Assembly: GCF_009914755.1 (NCBI RefSeq)
Contig: NC_060927.1
Origin: the human T2T-CHM13v2.0 reference genome, Homo sapiens
DNA: 64,000 nucleotides
Strand: one strand, 5' to 3'
Part shown: positions 1 through 17,315 of the stretch, in pieces
Numbering within the stretch: position 1 is the first letter of the stretch
Layout of the letters: each line of letters starts with the position of its first letter
Translations under genes and position numbers: made by a program
Notes under the pieces: model-generated
Told to the model about the DNA's origin: nothing
The model's input: only the letters and a program-made list of their open reading frames with translations
Databases searched by the model: none

Positions 1-3000
1 AAATATGAAAATACATTAAATATATATTTTATTCTGTACATAAAATATCAAAGTACACCAGATATATATTCTATAGTGTACATAAAATAACAAAGTACAC
101 AAACTATAAATTATATACTGTACGTAAAATATGAAATTACATCAAATATATATTAGGTACATAAAATATGAAAGTACATCAAATATAGATTATATACCGT
201 ACATAAAATATCAAAGTACCCCAAATATATATTATATACTATACATGAAATATCAAAGTTCACAAACTATATATTATATACTGTACATAAAATATCAAAG
301 TACCCAATGTATATATTCTATAGTGTACAAAAAATATCAAAGTACCCAAAGCATGTATTATATACTGTATATAAAATATAAAAGTACATCAAATATATAT
401 TTTATTCTGTACATAAAATATGAAAGTACACCAGATATATATTCTATAGTGTACATAAAATATCAAAGTACCCAAACTATACATTATATACTGTACATAA
501 AATATGAAATTACATCAAATATATATTATATTAGGTACTTAAAATATGAAAGTACATCAAATATAGATTATATACTGTACATAAAATATCAAAGTACCCC
601 AAATATATATTATATACTGTACATGAAATATCAAAGTTCACAACTATATATTATATACTGTACATAAAATATCAAAGTCCCCAAGGTATATATTCTATAC
701 TGTACAAAAAATATCAAAGTACACAAAGCATGTATTATATACTGTACATAAAATATGAAATTACATCAAATATATATTATATTAGGTACATAAAATATGA
801 AAGTACATCAAATATAGATTATATACTGTACATAAAATATCAAAGTACCCCAAATATATATTATATACTGTACATGTAATATCAAAGTTCACAACTATAT
901 ATTACATACTGTACATAAAATATCAAAGTACCCAAGGTATATATTCTATACTGTACAAAAAATATCAAAGTACCCAAAGCATGTATTATATACTGTACAT
1001 AAAATATGAAAGTACATCAAATATATATTTTTTTCTGTACATAAAATATCAAAGTACACCAGATATATATTCTATAGTGTATATAAAATATCAAAGTACC
1101 CAAACTATACATTATATACTGTACATAAAATATGAAATTACATCAAATATATATTATATTAGGTACATAAAATATGAAAGTACATGAAGTATAGATTATA
1201 TACTGTACATAAAATATCAAAGTACCCCAAATATATATTATATACTATACATGAAATATCAAAGTTCACAAACTATATATTATATACTGTACATAAAATA
1301 TCAAAGTACCCAAGGTATATATTCTATACTGTACAAAAAATATCAAAGTATCCAAAGCATGTTTTATATATTGTATATAAAATATGAAAGTACATTAAAG
1401 ATATATTTTATTCTGTACATAAAATATCAAAATACACCAGATATATATTCTATAGTGTACATAAAATAACAAAGTACACAAACTATAAATTATATACTGT
1501 ACATAAAATATGAAATTACATCAAATATATATTAGGTACATAAAATATGAAAGTACATCAAATATAGATTATATACTGTACATATAATATCAATGTACCC
1601 CAAATATATATTTTATACTCTACATGAAATATCAAAGTTCACAAACCATACATTATATACTGTACATAAAATATCAAAGTACCCAAGTTATATATTCTAT
1701 ACTGTACAAAAGATATCAAAGTACCCAAAGCATGTATTATATACTGTATATAAAATATGAAAGTACATCAAATATATATTATATACTGTACATAAAATAT
1801 CAAAGTACACCAGATATATATTTTATAGTGTACATAAAATATCAAAGTACCCAAACTATACATTATATACTGTACATAAAATATGAGATTACATCAAATA
1901 TATATTATATTAGGTACATAAAATATGAAAGTACATCAGATATAGATTATATACTGTACATAAAATATCAAAGTACCCCAAATATATATTATATACTCTA
2001 CATGAAATATCAAAGTTCACAAACTATATATTATATACTGTACATAAAATATCAAAGTACCCAAGGTATATATTCTATACTGTACAAAAAATATCAAAAT
2101 ACCCAAAGCATGTATTATATACTGTATATAAAATATGAAAATACATTAAATATATATTTTATTCTGTACATAAAATATCAAAGTACACCAGATATATATT
2201 CTATAGTGTACATAAAATAACAAAGTACACAAACTATAAATTATATACTGTACGTAAAATATGAAATTACATCAAATATATATTAGGTACATAAAATATG
2301 AAAGTACATCAAATATAGATTATATACCGTACATAAAATATCAAAGTACCCCAAATATATATTATATACTATACATGAAATATCAAAGTTCACAAACTAT
2401 ATATTATATACTGTACATAAAATATCAAAGTACCCAAGGTATATATTCTATACTGTACAAAAAATATCAAAGTATCCAAACCATGTTTTATATACTGTAT
2501 ATAAAATATGAAAGTACATTACAGATATATTTTATTCTGTACATAAAATATCAAAATACACCAGATATATATTCTATAGTGTACATAAAATAACAAAGTA
2601 CACAAACTATAAATTATATACTGTACATAAAATATGAAATTACATCAAATATATATTAGGTACATAAAATATGAAAGTACATCAAATATAGATTATATAC
2701 TGTACATATAATATCAATGTACCCCAAATATATATTTTATACTCTACATGAAATATCAAAGTTCACAAACCATACATTATATACTGTACATAAAATATCA
2801 AAGTACGCAAGTTATATATTCTATACTGTACAAAAGATATCAAAGTACCCAAAGCATGTATTATATACTGTATATAAAATATGAAAGTACATCAAATATA
2901 TATTATATACTGTACATAAAATATCAAAGTACACCAGATATATATTTTATAGTGTACATAAAATATCAAAGTACCCAAACTATACATTATATACTGTACA

Positions 3001-4570
3001 TAAAATATGAGATTACATCAAATATATATTATATTAGGTACATAAAATATGAAAGTACATCAGATATAGATTATATACTGTACATAAAATATCAAAGTAC
3101 CCCAAATATATATTATATACTCTACATGAAATATCAAAGTTCACAAACTATATATTATATACTGTACATAAAATATCAAAGTACCCAAGGTATATATTCT
3201 ATACTGTACAAAAAATATCAAAATACCCAAAGCATGTATTATATACTGTATATAAAATATGAAAATACATTAAATATATATTTTATTCTGTACATAAAAT
3301 ATCAAAGTACACCAGATATATATTCTATAGTGTACATAAAATAACAAAGTACACAAACTATAAATTATATACTGTACGTAAAATATGAAATTACATCAAA
3401 TATATATTAGGTACATAAAATATGAAAGTACATCAAATATAGATTATATACCGTACATAAAATATCAAAGTACCCCAAATATATATTATATACTATACAT
3501 GAAATATCAAATATCACAAACTATATATTATATACTGTACATAAAATATCAAAGTACCCAATGTATATATTCTATAGTGTACAAAAAATATCAAAGTACC
3601 CAAAGCATGTATTATATACTGTACATAAAATATAAAAGTACATCAAATATATATTTTATTCTGTACATAAAATATGAAAGTACACCAGATATATATTCTA
3701 TAGTGTACATAAAATATCAAAGTACCCAAACTATACATTATATACTGTACATAAAATACGAAATTACATCAAATATATATTATATTAGGTACTTAAAATA
3801 TGAAAGTACATCAAATATAGATTATATACTGTACATAAAATATCAAAGTACCCCAAATATATATTATATACTGTACATGAAATATCAAAGTTCACAACTA
3901 TATATTATATACTGTACATAAAATATCAAAGTCCCCAAGGTATATATTCTATACTGTACAAAAAATATCAAAGTACACAAAGCATGTATTATATACTGTA
4001 CATAAAATATGAAATTACATCAAATATATATTATATTAGGTACATAAAATATGAAAGTACATCAAATATAGATTATATACTGTACATAAAATATCAAAGT
4101 ACCCCAAATATATATTATATACTGTACATGTAATATCAAAGTTCACAACTATATATTACATACTGTACATAAAATATCAAAGTACCCAAGGTATATATTC
4201 TATACTGTACAAAAAATATCAAAGTACCCAAAGCATGTATTATATACTGTACATAAAATATGAAAGTACATCAAATATATATTTTATTCTGTACATAAAA
4301 TATCAAAGTACACCAGATATATATTCTATAGTGTATATAAAATATCAAAGTACCCAAACTATACATTATATACTGTACATAAAATATGAAATTACATCAA
4401 ATATATATTATATTAGGTACATAAAATATGAAAGTACATGAAGTATAGATTATATACTGTACATAAAATATCAAAGTACCCCAAATTTATATTATATACT
4501 ATACATGAAATATCAAAGTTCACAAACTATATATTATATACTGTACATAAAATATCAAAGTACCCAAGGT
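1..4570 (+). repeat. Direct repeat at 3254-bp spacing (about 1-1320 vs about 3255-4570)
   Basis: ORF pairs 131/3385, 981/4235 and 1184/4438 are all offset by 3254. Shared rare variants are CCGTAC, CCAATGTATA, AGGTACTT, GTCCCCAAGG, CATGTAAT and CATGAAGTATAG. Confidence 0.85.
1210..3500 (+). repeat. Tandem duplication, 1124-bp unit (378+373+373)
   Basis: ORFs 1624..2220 and 2748..3344 translate identically at offset 1124. Rare variants (CAAGTTATA, AAAAGATATC, GAGATTAC, CATCAGATA, GAAAATACATT) recur at this spacing. A further copy lies at about 7460-8580 (offset 6253). Confidence 0.85.
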
Positions 4571-7500
4571 ATATATTCTATAGTGTACAAAAAATATCAA
4601 AGTACCCAAAGCATGTATTATATACCGTACATAAAATATAAAATTACATCAAATATATATTTTATTCTGTACATAAAATATCAAAGTACACCAGATATAT
4701 ATACTATAGTGTACATAAAATATCAAAGTACCCAAACTATACATTATACACTGTACATAAAATATGAAATTACATCAAATATATATTAGGTACATAAAAT
4801 ATGAAAGTACATCAAATATAGATTATATACTGTAAATATAATATCAATGTACCCCAAATATATATTTTATACTCTACATGAAATATCAAAGTTCACAAAC
4901 CATATATTATATACTGTACATAAAATATCAAAGTACCCAAGGTATATATTCTATACTGAACAAAAAATATCAAAGTACCCAAAGCATGTATTATATACTG
5001 TACATAAAATATGAAAGTACATCAAATATATATTTTATTCTGTACATAAAATATCAAAGTACACCAGATATATATTCTATAGTGTACATAAAATATCAAA
5101 GTACCCAAACTATACATTATATACTGTACATAAAATATGAAATTACATCAAATATATATTATATTAGGTACATGAAATATGAAAGTACATCAAATATAGA
5201 TTATATACTGTACATAAAATATGAAAGTACCCCAAATATATATTATATACTCTACATGAAATATCAAAGTTCACAAACTATATATTATATACTGTACATA
5301 AAATATCAAAGTACCCAAGGTATATATTCTATACTGTACAAAAAATATCAAAGTATCCAAAGCATGTATTATATACTGTATATAAAATATGAAAGTACAT
5401 CAAATATATATTTTATTCTGTACATAAAATATCAAAGTACACCAGATATATATTCTATAGTGTACATAAAATAACAAAGTACACAAACTATAAATTATAT
5501 ACTGTACATAAAATATGAAATTACATCAAATATATATTAGGTACATAAAATATGAAAGTACATCAAATATAGATTATATACTGAACATATAATATCAATG
5601 TACCCCAAATATATATTTGATACTCTACATGAAATATCAAAGTTCAGAAACCATACATTATATACTGTACATAAAATATCAAAGTACCCAAAGTATATAT
5701 TCTATACTGTACAAAAAATATCAAAGTAACCAAAGCATGTATTATATACTGTACATAATATATGAAAGTACATCAAATATATATTTTATTCTGTACATAA
5801 AATATCAAAGTACACCAGGTATATATTCTATAGTGTACATAAAATATCAAAGTACCCAAACTATACATTCTATACTGTACATAAAATATGAAATTACATC
5901 AAATATATATTAGGTACATAAAATATGAAAGTACATCAAATATAGATTATATACTGTACATAAAATATCAAAGTACCTCAAATATATATTATATAATCTA
6001 CATGAAATATCAAAGTTCACAAACTATATATTATATACTGTACATAAAATATCAAATTACCCAAGGTATATATTCTATACTGTACAAAAAATATCAAGGT
6101 ACCCAAAGCATGTATTATATACTGTACATAAAATATGAAAGTACATCAAATATATATTTTATTCTGTACATAAAATATCAAAGTACACCAGATATATATT
6201 CTATAGTGTACATAAAATAACAAAGTACCCAAACTATACATTATATACTGTACATAAAATATGAAATTACATCAAATATATATTAGGTACATAAAATATG
6301 AAAGAACATCAAACATAGATTATATACTGTACAAAAAATATCAAAGTACCCCAAATATATATTATATACTCTACATGAAATATCAAATTTCACAAACTAT
6401 ATATTATATACTGTACATAAAATATCAAAGTACCCAAGGTATATATTCTATACTGTACAAAAAATATCAAAGTACCCAAAGCATGTATTATATACTGTAT
6501 ATAAAATATGAAAGTACATCAAATGTATATTTTATTCTGTACATAAAATATCAAAGTACACCAGATATATATTCTATAGTGTACATAAAATAACAAAGTA
6601 CACAAACTATAAATTTTATACTGTACATAAAATATGAAATTACATCAAATATATATTAGGTACATAAAATATGAAAGTACATCAAATATAGATTATATAC
6701 TGTACATATAATATCAATGTACCCGAAATATATATTTTATACTCTACATGAAATATCAAAGTTCACAAACCATATATTATATACTGTGCATAAAATATCA
6801 AAGTACCCAAGGTATATATTCTATACTGTACAAAAAATATCAAAGTACCCAAAGCATGTATTATATACTGTACATAAAATATGAAATTACATCAAATATA
6901 TATTTTATTCTGTACATAAAATATCAAAGTACACCAGATATATATTCTATAGTGTACATAAAATATCAAAGTACCCAAACTATACATTATATACTGTACA
7001 TAAAATGTGAAATTACATCAAATATATATTATATTAGGTACATAAAATATGAAAGTACATCAAATATAGATTATATACTGTACATTAAATACCAATGTAC
7101 CCCAAATATATATTTTATACTGTACATGAAATATCAAAGTTCACACACTATATATTATATACTGTACATAAAATATCAAAGTACCCAAGGTATATATTCT
7201 ATACTGTACAAAAAACATCAAAGTACCCAAAGCATGTATTATATACTGTACATAAAATATGAAAGTACATCAAATATATATTTTATTCTGTACATAAAAT
7301 ATCAAAGTACACCAGATATATATTCTATAGTGTACATAAAATATCAAAGTACCCAAACTATACATTATATACTGTACATAAAATATGAAATTACATCAAA
7401 TATATATTATATTAGGTACATAAAATAAGAAAGTACATCAAATATAGATTATATACTGTACATAAAATATCAAAGTACCCCAAATATATATTATATACTC

Positions 7501-9887
7501 TACATGAAATATCAAAGTTCACAAACTATATATTATATACTGTACATAAAATATCAAAGTACCCAAGGTATATATTCTATACTGTACAAAAAATATCAAA
7601 GTATCCAAAGCATGTTTTATATACTGTATATAAAATATGAAAGTACATTAAAGATATATTTTATTCTGTACATAAAATATCAAAATACACCAGATATATA
7701 TTCTATAGTGTACATAAAATAACAAAGTATACAAACTATAAATTATATACTGTACATAAAATATGAAATTACATCAAATATATATTAGGTACATAAAATA
7801 TGAAAGTACATCAAATATAGATTATATACTGTACATATAATATCAATGTACCCCAAATATATATTTTATACTCTACATGAAATATCAAAGTTCACAAACC
7901 ATACATTATATACTGTACATAAAATATCAAAGTACCCAAGTTATATATTCTATACTGTACAAAAGATATCAAAGTACCCAAAGCATGTATTATATACTGT
8001 ATATAAAATATGAAAGTACATCAAATATATATTATATACTGTACATAAAATATCAAAGTACACCAGATATATATTTTATAGTGTACATAAAATATCAAAG
8101 TACCCAAACTATACATTATATACTGTACATAAAATATGAGATTACATCAAATATATATTATATTAGGTACATAAAATATGAAAGTACATCAGATATAGAT
8201 TATATACTGTACATAAAATATCAAAGTACCCCAAATATATATTATATACTCTACATGAAATATCAAAGTTCACAAACTATATATTATATACTGTACATAA
8301 AATATCAAAGTACCCAAGGTATATATTCTATACTGTACAAAAAATATCAAAATACCCAAAGCATGTATTATATACTGTATATAAAATATGAAAATACATT
8401 AAATATATATTTTATTCTGTACATAAAATATCAAAGTACACCAGATATATATTCTATAGTGTACATAAAATAACAAAGTACACAAACTATAAATTATATA
8501 CTGTACGTAAAATATGAAATTACATCAAATATATATTAGGTACATAAAATATGAAAGTACATCAAATATAGATTATATACTGTACATATAATATCAATGT
8601 ACCCCAAATATATATTTTATACTCTACATGAAATATCAAAGTTCACAAACCATACATTATATACTTTCCATAAAATATCAAAGTACCCATGGCATATATT
8701 CTATACTGTACAAAAGATATCAAAGTACCCAAAGCATGTATTATATACTGTACATAAAATATGAAAGTACATCAAATATATATTTTATTCTGTACATAAA
8801 ATATCAAAGTACACCAGATATATATTCTATAGTGTACATAAAATATCAAAGTACCCAAACTATATATTATATACTGTACATAAAATATGAAATTACATCA
8901 AATATGTATTATATTAGGTACATAAAATATGAAAGTACATCAAATATAGATTATATACCGTACATAAAATATCAAAGTACCCCAAATATATATTATATAC
9001 TATACATGAAATATCAAATATCACAAACTATATATTATATACTGTACATAAAATATCAAAGTACCCAATGTATATATTCTATAGTGTACAAAAAATATCA
9101 AAGTACCCAAAGCATGTATTATATACTGTACATAAAATATAAAAGTACATCAAATATATATTTTATTCTGTACATAAAATATGAAAGTACACCAGATATA
9201 TATTCTATAGTGTACATAAAATATCAAAGTACCCAAACTATACATTATATACTGTACATAAAATATGAAATTACATAAAATATATATTGTATTAGGTACT
9301 TAAAATATGAAAGTACATCAAATATAGATTATATACTGTACATAAAATATCAAAGTACCCCAAATATATATTATATACTGTACATGAAATATCAAAGTTC
9401 ACAACTATATATTATATACTGTACATAAAATATCAAAGTCCCCAAGGTATATATTCTATACTGTACAAAAAATATCAAAGTACACAAAGCATGTATTATA
9501 TACTGTACATAAAATATGAAATTACATCAAATATATATTATATTAGGTACATAAAATATGAAAGTACATCAAATATAGATTATATACTGTACATAAAATA
9601 TCAAAGTACCCCAAATATATATTATATACTGTACATGTAATATCAAAGTTCACAACTATATATTACATACTGTACATAAAATATCAAAGTACCCAAGGTA
9701 TATATTCTATACTGTACAAAAAAATGAAAGTACCCAAAGCATGTATTATATACTGTACATAAAATATGAAAGTACATCAAATATATATTTTATTCTGTAC
9801 ATAAAATATCAAAGTACACCAGATATATATTCTATAGTGTATATAAAATATCAAAGTACCCAAACTATACATTATATACTGTACATA

Positions 9888-12800
9888 AAATATGAAATTA
9901 CATCATATATATATTAGGTACATAAAATATGAAAGTACATCAAATATATATTTTATTCTGTACATAAAATATCAAAGTACACCAGATATATATTCTATAG
10001 TGTACATAAAATAACAAAGTACACAAACTATAAATTATATACTGTACATAAAATATGAAATTACATCAAATATATATTAGGTACATAAAATATGAAAGTA
10101 CATCAAATATAGATTATATACTGTACATATAATATCAATGTACCCGAAATATATATTTTATACTCTACATGAAATATCAAAGTTCACAAACCATATATTG
10201 TATACTGCACATAAAATATCAAAATACCCAAGGTATATATTCTATACTGTACAAAAAATATCAAAGTACCCAAAGCAGGTATTATATACTGTACATAAAA
10301 TATGAAAGTACATCAAATATATATTTTATTCTGTACATAAAATATCAAAGTACACCAGATATATATTCTATAGCGTACATAAAATATCAAAGTACACAAA
10401 CTATACATTATATACTGTACATAAAATATGAAATTACATCAAATATATATTATATTAGGTACATAAAATATGAAAGTACATCAAATATAGATTATATACT
10501 GTAAATATAATATCAATGTACCCCAAATATATATTTTATACTCTACATGAAATATCAAAGTTCACAAACCATATATTATATACTGTACATAAAATATCAA
10601 AGTACCCAAGGTATATATTCTATACTGTACAAAAAATATCAAAGTACCCAAAGCATGTATTATATACTGTACATAAAATATGAAAGTACATCAAATATAT
10701 ATTTTATTCTGTACATAAAATATCAAAGTACACCAGATATATATTCTATAGTGTACATAAAATATCAAAGTACCCAAACTATACATTATATACTGTACAT
10801 AAAATATGAAATTACATCAAATATATATTATATTAGGTACATGAAATATGAAAGTACATCAAATATAGATTATATACTGTACATAAAATATGAAAGTACC
10901 CCAAATATATATTATATACTCTACATGAAATATCAAAGTTCACAAACTATATATTATATACTGTACATAAAATATCAAAGTACCCAAGGTATATATTCTA
11001 TACTGTACAAAAAATATCAAAGTATCCAAAGCATGTATTATATACTGTATATAAAATATGAAAGTACATCAAATATATATTTTATTCTGTACATAAAATA
11101 TCAAAGTACACCAGATATATATTCTATAGTGTACATAAAATATCAAAGTACCCAAACTATACATTATATACTGTACATAAAATATGAAATTACAGCAAAT
11201 ATATATTATATTAGGTACATAAAATATGAAAGTACATCAAATATAGATTATATACTGTACATAAAATATCAAAGTACCCCAAATATATATTATATACTGT
11301 ACATAAAATATCAAAGTTCACAACTATATATTATATACTGTACATAAAATATCAAAGTCCCCAAGGTATATATTCTATACTGTACAAAAAATATCAAAGT
11401 ACACAAAGCATGTATTATATACTGTACATAAAATATGAAATTACATCAAATATATATTATATTAGGTACATAAAATATGAAAGTACATCAAATATAGATT
11501 ATATACTGTACATAAAATATCAAAGTACCCCAAATATATATTATATACTGTACATGTAATATCAAAGTTCACAACTATATATTACATACTGTACATAAAA
11601 TATCAAAGTACCCAAGGTATATATTCTATACTGTACAAAAAATATCAAAGTACCCAAAGCATGTATTATATACTGTATATAAAATATGAAAGTACATCAA
11701 ATATATATTTTATTCTGTACATAAAATATCAAAGTACACCAGATATATATTCTATAGTGTACATAAAATATCAAGGTACCCAAACTATACATTATATACT
11801 GTACATAAAATATGAAATTACATCAAATATATATTATATTAGGTACATAAAATACGAAAGTACATCAAATATAGATTATATACTGTACATAAAATATCAA
11901 AGTACCCCAATATATATTATATACTGTACATGAAATATCAAAGTTCACAAACTATATATTATGTACTGTACATAAAATATCAAAGTACCCAAGGTATATA
12001 TTCTATACTGTACAAAAAATATCAAAGTACCCAAAGCATGTATTATATAATGTACATAAAATATGAAAGTACATCAAATATATATTTTATTCTGTACATA
12101 AAATATCAAAGAACACCAGATATATATTCTATAGTGTACATAAAATATCAAAGTACCCAAACTATACATTATATACTGTACATAAAATATGAAATTACAT
12201 CATATATATATTAGGTACATAAAATATGAAAGTACATCAAATATATATTTTATTCTGTACATAAAATATCAAAGTACACCAGATATATATTCTATAGTGT
12301 ACATAAAATAACAAAGTACACAAACTATAAATTATATACTGTACATAAAATATGAAATTACATCAAATATATATTAGGTACATAAAATATGAAAGTACAT
12401 CAAAAATAGATTATATACTGTACATATAATATCAATGTACCCGAAATATATATTTTATACTCTACATGAAATATCAAAGTTCACAAACCATATATTGTAT
12501 ACTGCACATAAAATATCAAAATACTCAAGGTATATATTCTATACTGTACAAAAAATATCAAAGTACCCAAAGCAGGTATTATATACTGTACATAAAATAT
12601 GAAAGTACATCAAATATATATTTTATTCTGTACATAAAATATCAAAGTACACCAGATATATATTCTATAGCGTACATAAAATATCAAAGTACACAAACTA
12701 TACATTATATACTGTACATAAAATATGAAATTACATCAAATATATATTATATTAGGTACATAAAATATGAAAGTACATCAAATATAGATTATATACTGTA

Positions 12801-15800
12801 AATATAATATCAATGTACCCCAAATATATATTTTATACTCTACATGAAATATCAAAGTTCACAAACCATATATTATATACTGTACATAAAATATCAAAGT
12901 ACCCAAGGTATATATTCTATACTGTACAAAAAATATCAAAGTACCCAAAGCATGTATTATATACTGTACATAAAATATGAAAGTACATCAAATATATATT
13001 TTATTCTGTACATAAAATATCAAAGTTCACCAGATATATATTCTATAGTGTACATAAAATATCAAAGTACCCAAACTATACATTATATACTGTACATAAA
13101 ATATGAAATTACATCAAATATATATTATATTAGGTACATGAAATATGAAAGTACATCAAATATAGATTATATACTGTACATAAAATATGAAAGTACCCCA
13201 AATATATATTATATACTCTACATGAAATATCAAAGTTCACAAACTATATATTATATACTGTACATAAAATATCAAAGTACCCAAGGTATATATTCTATAC
13301 TGTACAAAAAATATCAAAGTATCCAAAGCATGTATTATATACTGTATATAAAATATGAAAGTACATCAAATATATATTTTATTCTGTACATAAAATATCA
13401 AAGTACACCAGATATATATTCTATAGTGTACATAAAATATCAAAGTACCCAAACTATACATTATATACTGTACATAAAATATGAAATTACAGCAAATATA
13501 TATTATATTAGGTACATAAAATATGAAAGTACATCAAATATAGATTATATACTGTACATAAAATATCAAAGTACCCCAAATATATATTATATACTGTACA
13601 TAAAATATCAAAGTTCACAACTATATATTATATACTGTACATAAAATATCAAAGTCCCCAAGGTATATATTCTATACTGTACAAAAAATATCAAAGTACA
13701 CAAAGCATGTATTATATACTGTACATAAAATATGAAATTACATCAAATATATATTATATTAGGTACATAAAATATGAAAGTACATCAAATATAGATTATA
13801 TACTGTACATAAAATATGAAAGTACCCCAAATATATATTATATACTGTACATGTAATATCAAAGTTCACAACTATATATTACATACTGTACATAAAATAT
13901 CAAAGTACCCAAGGTATATATTCTATACTGTACAAAAAATATCAAAGTACCCAAAGCATGTATTATATACTGTATATAAAATATGAAAGTACATCAAATA
14001 TATATTTTATTCTGTACATAAAATATCAAAGTACACCAGATATATATTCTATAGTGTACATAAAATATCAAGGTACCCAAACTATACATTATATACTGTA
14101 CATAAAATATGAAATTACATCAAATATATATTATATTAGGTACATAAAATACGAAAGTACATCAAATATAGATTATATACTGTACATAAAATATCAAAGT
14201 ACCCCAATATATATTATATACTGTACATGAAATATCAAAGTTCACAAACTATATATTATGTACTGTACATAAAATATCAAAGTACCCAAGGTATATATTC
14301 TATACTGTACAAAAAATATCAAAGTACCCAAAGCATGTATTATATAATGTACATAAAATATGAAAGTACATCAAATATATATTTTATTCTGTACATAAAA
14401 TATCAAAGAACACCAGATATATATTCTATAGTGTACATAAAATATCAAAGTACCCAAACTATACATTATATACTGTACATAAAATATGAAATTACATCAT
14501 ATATATATTAGGTACATAAAATATGAAAGTACATCAAATATATATTTTATTCTGTACATAAAATATCAAAGTACACCAGATATATATTCTATAGTGTACA
14601 TAAAATAACAAAGTACACAAACTATAAATTATATACTGTACATAAAATATGAAATTACATCAAATATATATTAGGTACATAAAATATGAAAGTACATCAA
14701 AAATAGATTATATACTGTACATATAATATCAATGTACCCGAAATATATATTTTATACTCTACATGAAATATCAAAGTTCACAAACCATATATTGTATACT
14801 GCACATAAAATATCAAAATACTCAAGGTATATATTCTATACTGTACAAAAAATATCAAAGTACCCAAAGCAGGTATTATATACTGTACATAAAATATGAA
14901 AGTACATCAAATATATATTTTATTCTGTACATAAAATATCAAAGTACACCAGATATATATTCTATAGCGTACATAAAATATCAAAGTACACAAACTATAC
15001 ATTATATACTGTACATAAAATATGAAATTACATCAAATATATATTATATTAGGTACATAAAATATGAAAGTACATCAAATATAGATTATATACTGTAAAT
15101 ATAATATTAATGTACCCCAAATATATATTTTATACTCTACATGAAATATCAAAGTTCACAAACCATATATTATATACTGTACATAAAATATCAAAGTACC
15201 CAAGGTATATATTCTATACTGTACAAAAAATATCAAAGTACCCAAAGCATGTATTATATACTGTACATAAAATATGAAAGTACATCAAATATATATTTTA
15301 TTCTGTACATAAAATATCAAAGTTCACCAGATATATATTCTATAGTGTACATAAAATATCAAAGTACCCAAACTATACATTATATACTGTACATAAAATA
15401 TGAAATTACATCAAATATATATTATATTAGGTACATGAAATATGAAAGTACATCAAATATAGATTATATACTGTACATAAAATATGAAAGTACCCCAAAT
15501 ATATATTATATACTCTACATGAAATATCAAAGTTCACAAACTATATATTATATACTGTACATAAAATATCAAAGTACCCAAGGTATATATTCTATACTGT
15601 ACAAAAAATATCAAAGTATCCAAAGCATGTATTATATACTGTATATAAAATATGAAAGTACATCAAATATATATTTTATTCTGTACATAAAATATCAAAG
15701 TACACCAGATATATATTCTATAGTGTACATAAAATATCAAAGTACCCAAACTATACATTATATACTGTACATAAAATATGAAATTACAGCAAATATATAT

Positions 15801-17280
15801 TATATTAGGTACATAAAATATGAAAGTACATCAAATATAGATTATATACTGTACATTAAATACCAAAGTACCCCAAATATATATTTTATACTGTACATGA
15901 AATATGAAAGTTCACAAACTATATATTATATACTGTACATAAATTATCAATGTACCCAAGGTATATATTCTATACTGCACAAAAAATATCAAAGTACCCA
16001 AAGCATGTATTATATACTGTATATAAAATATGAAAGTACATCCAATATATATTTTATTCTGTACATAAAATATCAAAGTACACCAGATATATATTCTATA
16101 GTGTACATAAAATATCAAAGTACCCAAACTATACATTATATACTGTACCTAAAATATGAAATTACATCAAATATATATTATATTAGGTACATAAAATACG
16201 AAAGTACATCAAATATAGATTATATACTGTACATAAAATATCAAAGTACCCCAATATATATTATATACTGTACATGAAATATCAAAGTTCACAAACTATA
16301 TATTATGTACTGTACAGAAAATATCAAAGTACCCAAGGTATATATTCTATACTGTACAAAAATATCAAAGTACCCAAAGCATGTATTATATAATGTACAT
16401 AAAATATGAAAGTACATCAAATATATATTTTATTTTGTACATAAAATATCAAAGAACACCAGATATATATTCTATAGTGTACATAAAATATCAAAGTACC
16501 CAAACTATACATTATATACTGTACATAAAATATGAAATTACATCATATATATATTAGGTACATAAAATATGAAAGTACATCAAATATATATTTTATTCTG
16601 TACATAAAATATCAAAGTACACCAGATATATATTCTATATTGTACATAAAATAACAAAGTACACAAACTATAAATTATATACTGTACATAAAATATGAAA
16701 TTACATCAAATATATATTAGGTACATAAAATATGAAAGTACATCAAATATAGATTATATACTGTACATATAATATCAATGTACCCGAAATATATATTTTA
16801 TACTCTACATGAAATATCAAAGTTCACAAACCATATATTGTATACTGCACATAAAATATCAAAATACCCAAGGTATATATTCTATACTGTACAAAAAATA
16901 TCAAAGTACCCAAAGCAGGTATTATATACTGTACATAAAATATGAAAGTACATAAAATATATATTTTATTCTGTACATAAAATATCAAAGTACACCAGAT
17001 ATATATTCTATAGCGTACATAAAATATCAAAGTACACAAACTATACATTATATACTGTACATAAAATATGAAATTACATCAAATATATATTATATTAGGT
17101 ACATAAAATATGAAAGTACATCAAATATAGATTATATACTGTAAATATAATATCAATGTACCCCAAATATATATTTTATACTCTACATGAAATATCAAAG
17201 TTCACAAACCATATATTATATACTGTACATAAAATATCAAAGTACCCAAGGTATATATTCTATACTGTACAGAAAATATC
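9888..17280 (+). repeat. 2297-bp super-HOR (55 monomers): two full copies, one 2046-bp copy and a partial fourth copy
   Basis: The marker CATCATATATATATTAGG occurs at 9901, 12198, 14495 and 16541 (spacings 2297, 2297, 2046). The unit decomposes as 163+373+378+378+251+377+377 = 2297. ORF triplets 10169/12466/14763 and 10547/12844/15141 show the same period. Confidence 0.92.
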
Positions 17281-17315
17281 AAAGTACACAAAGCATGTAT
17301 TATATACTGTACATA

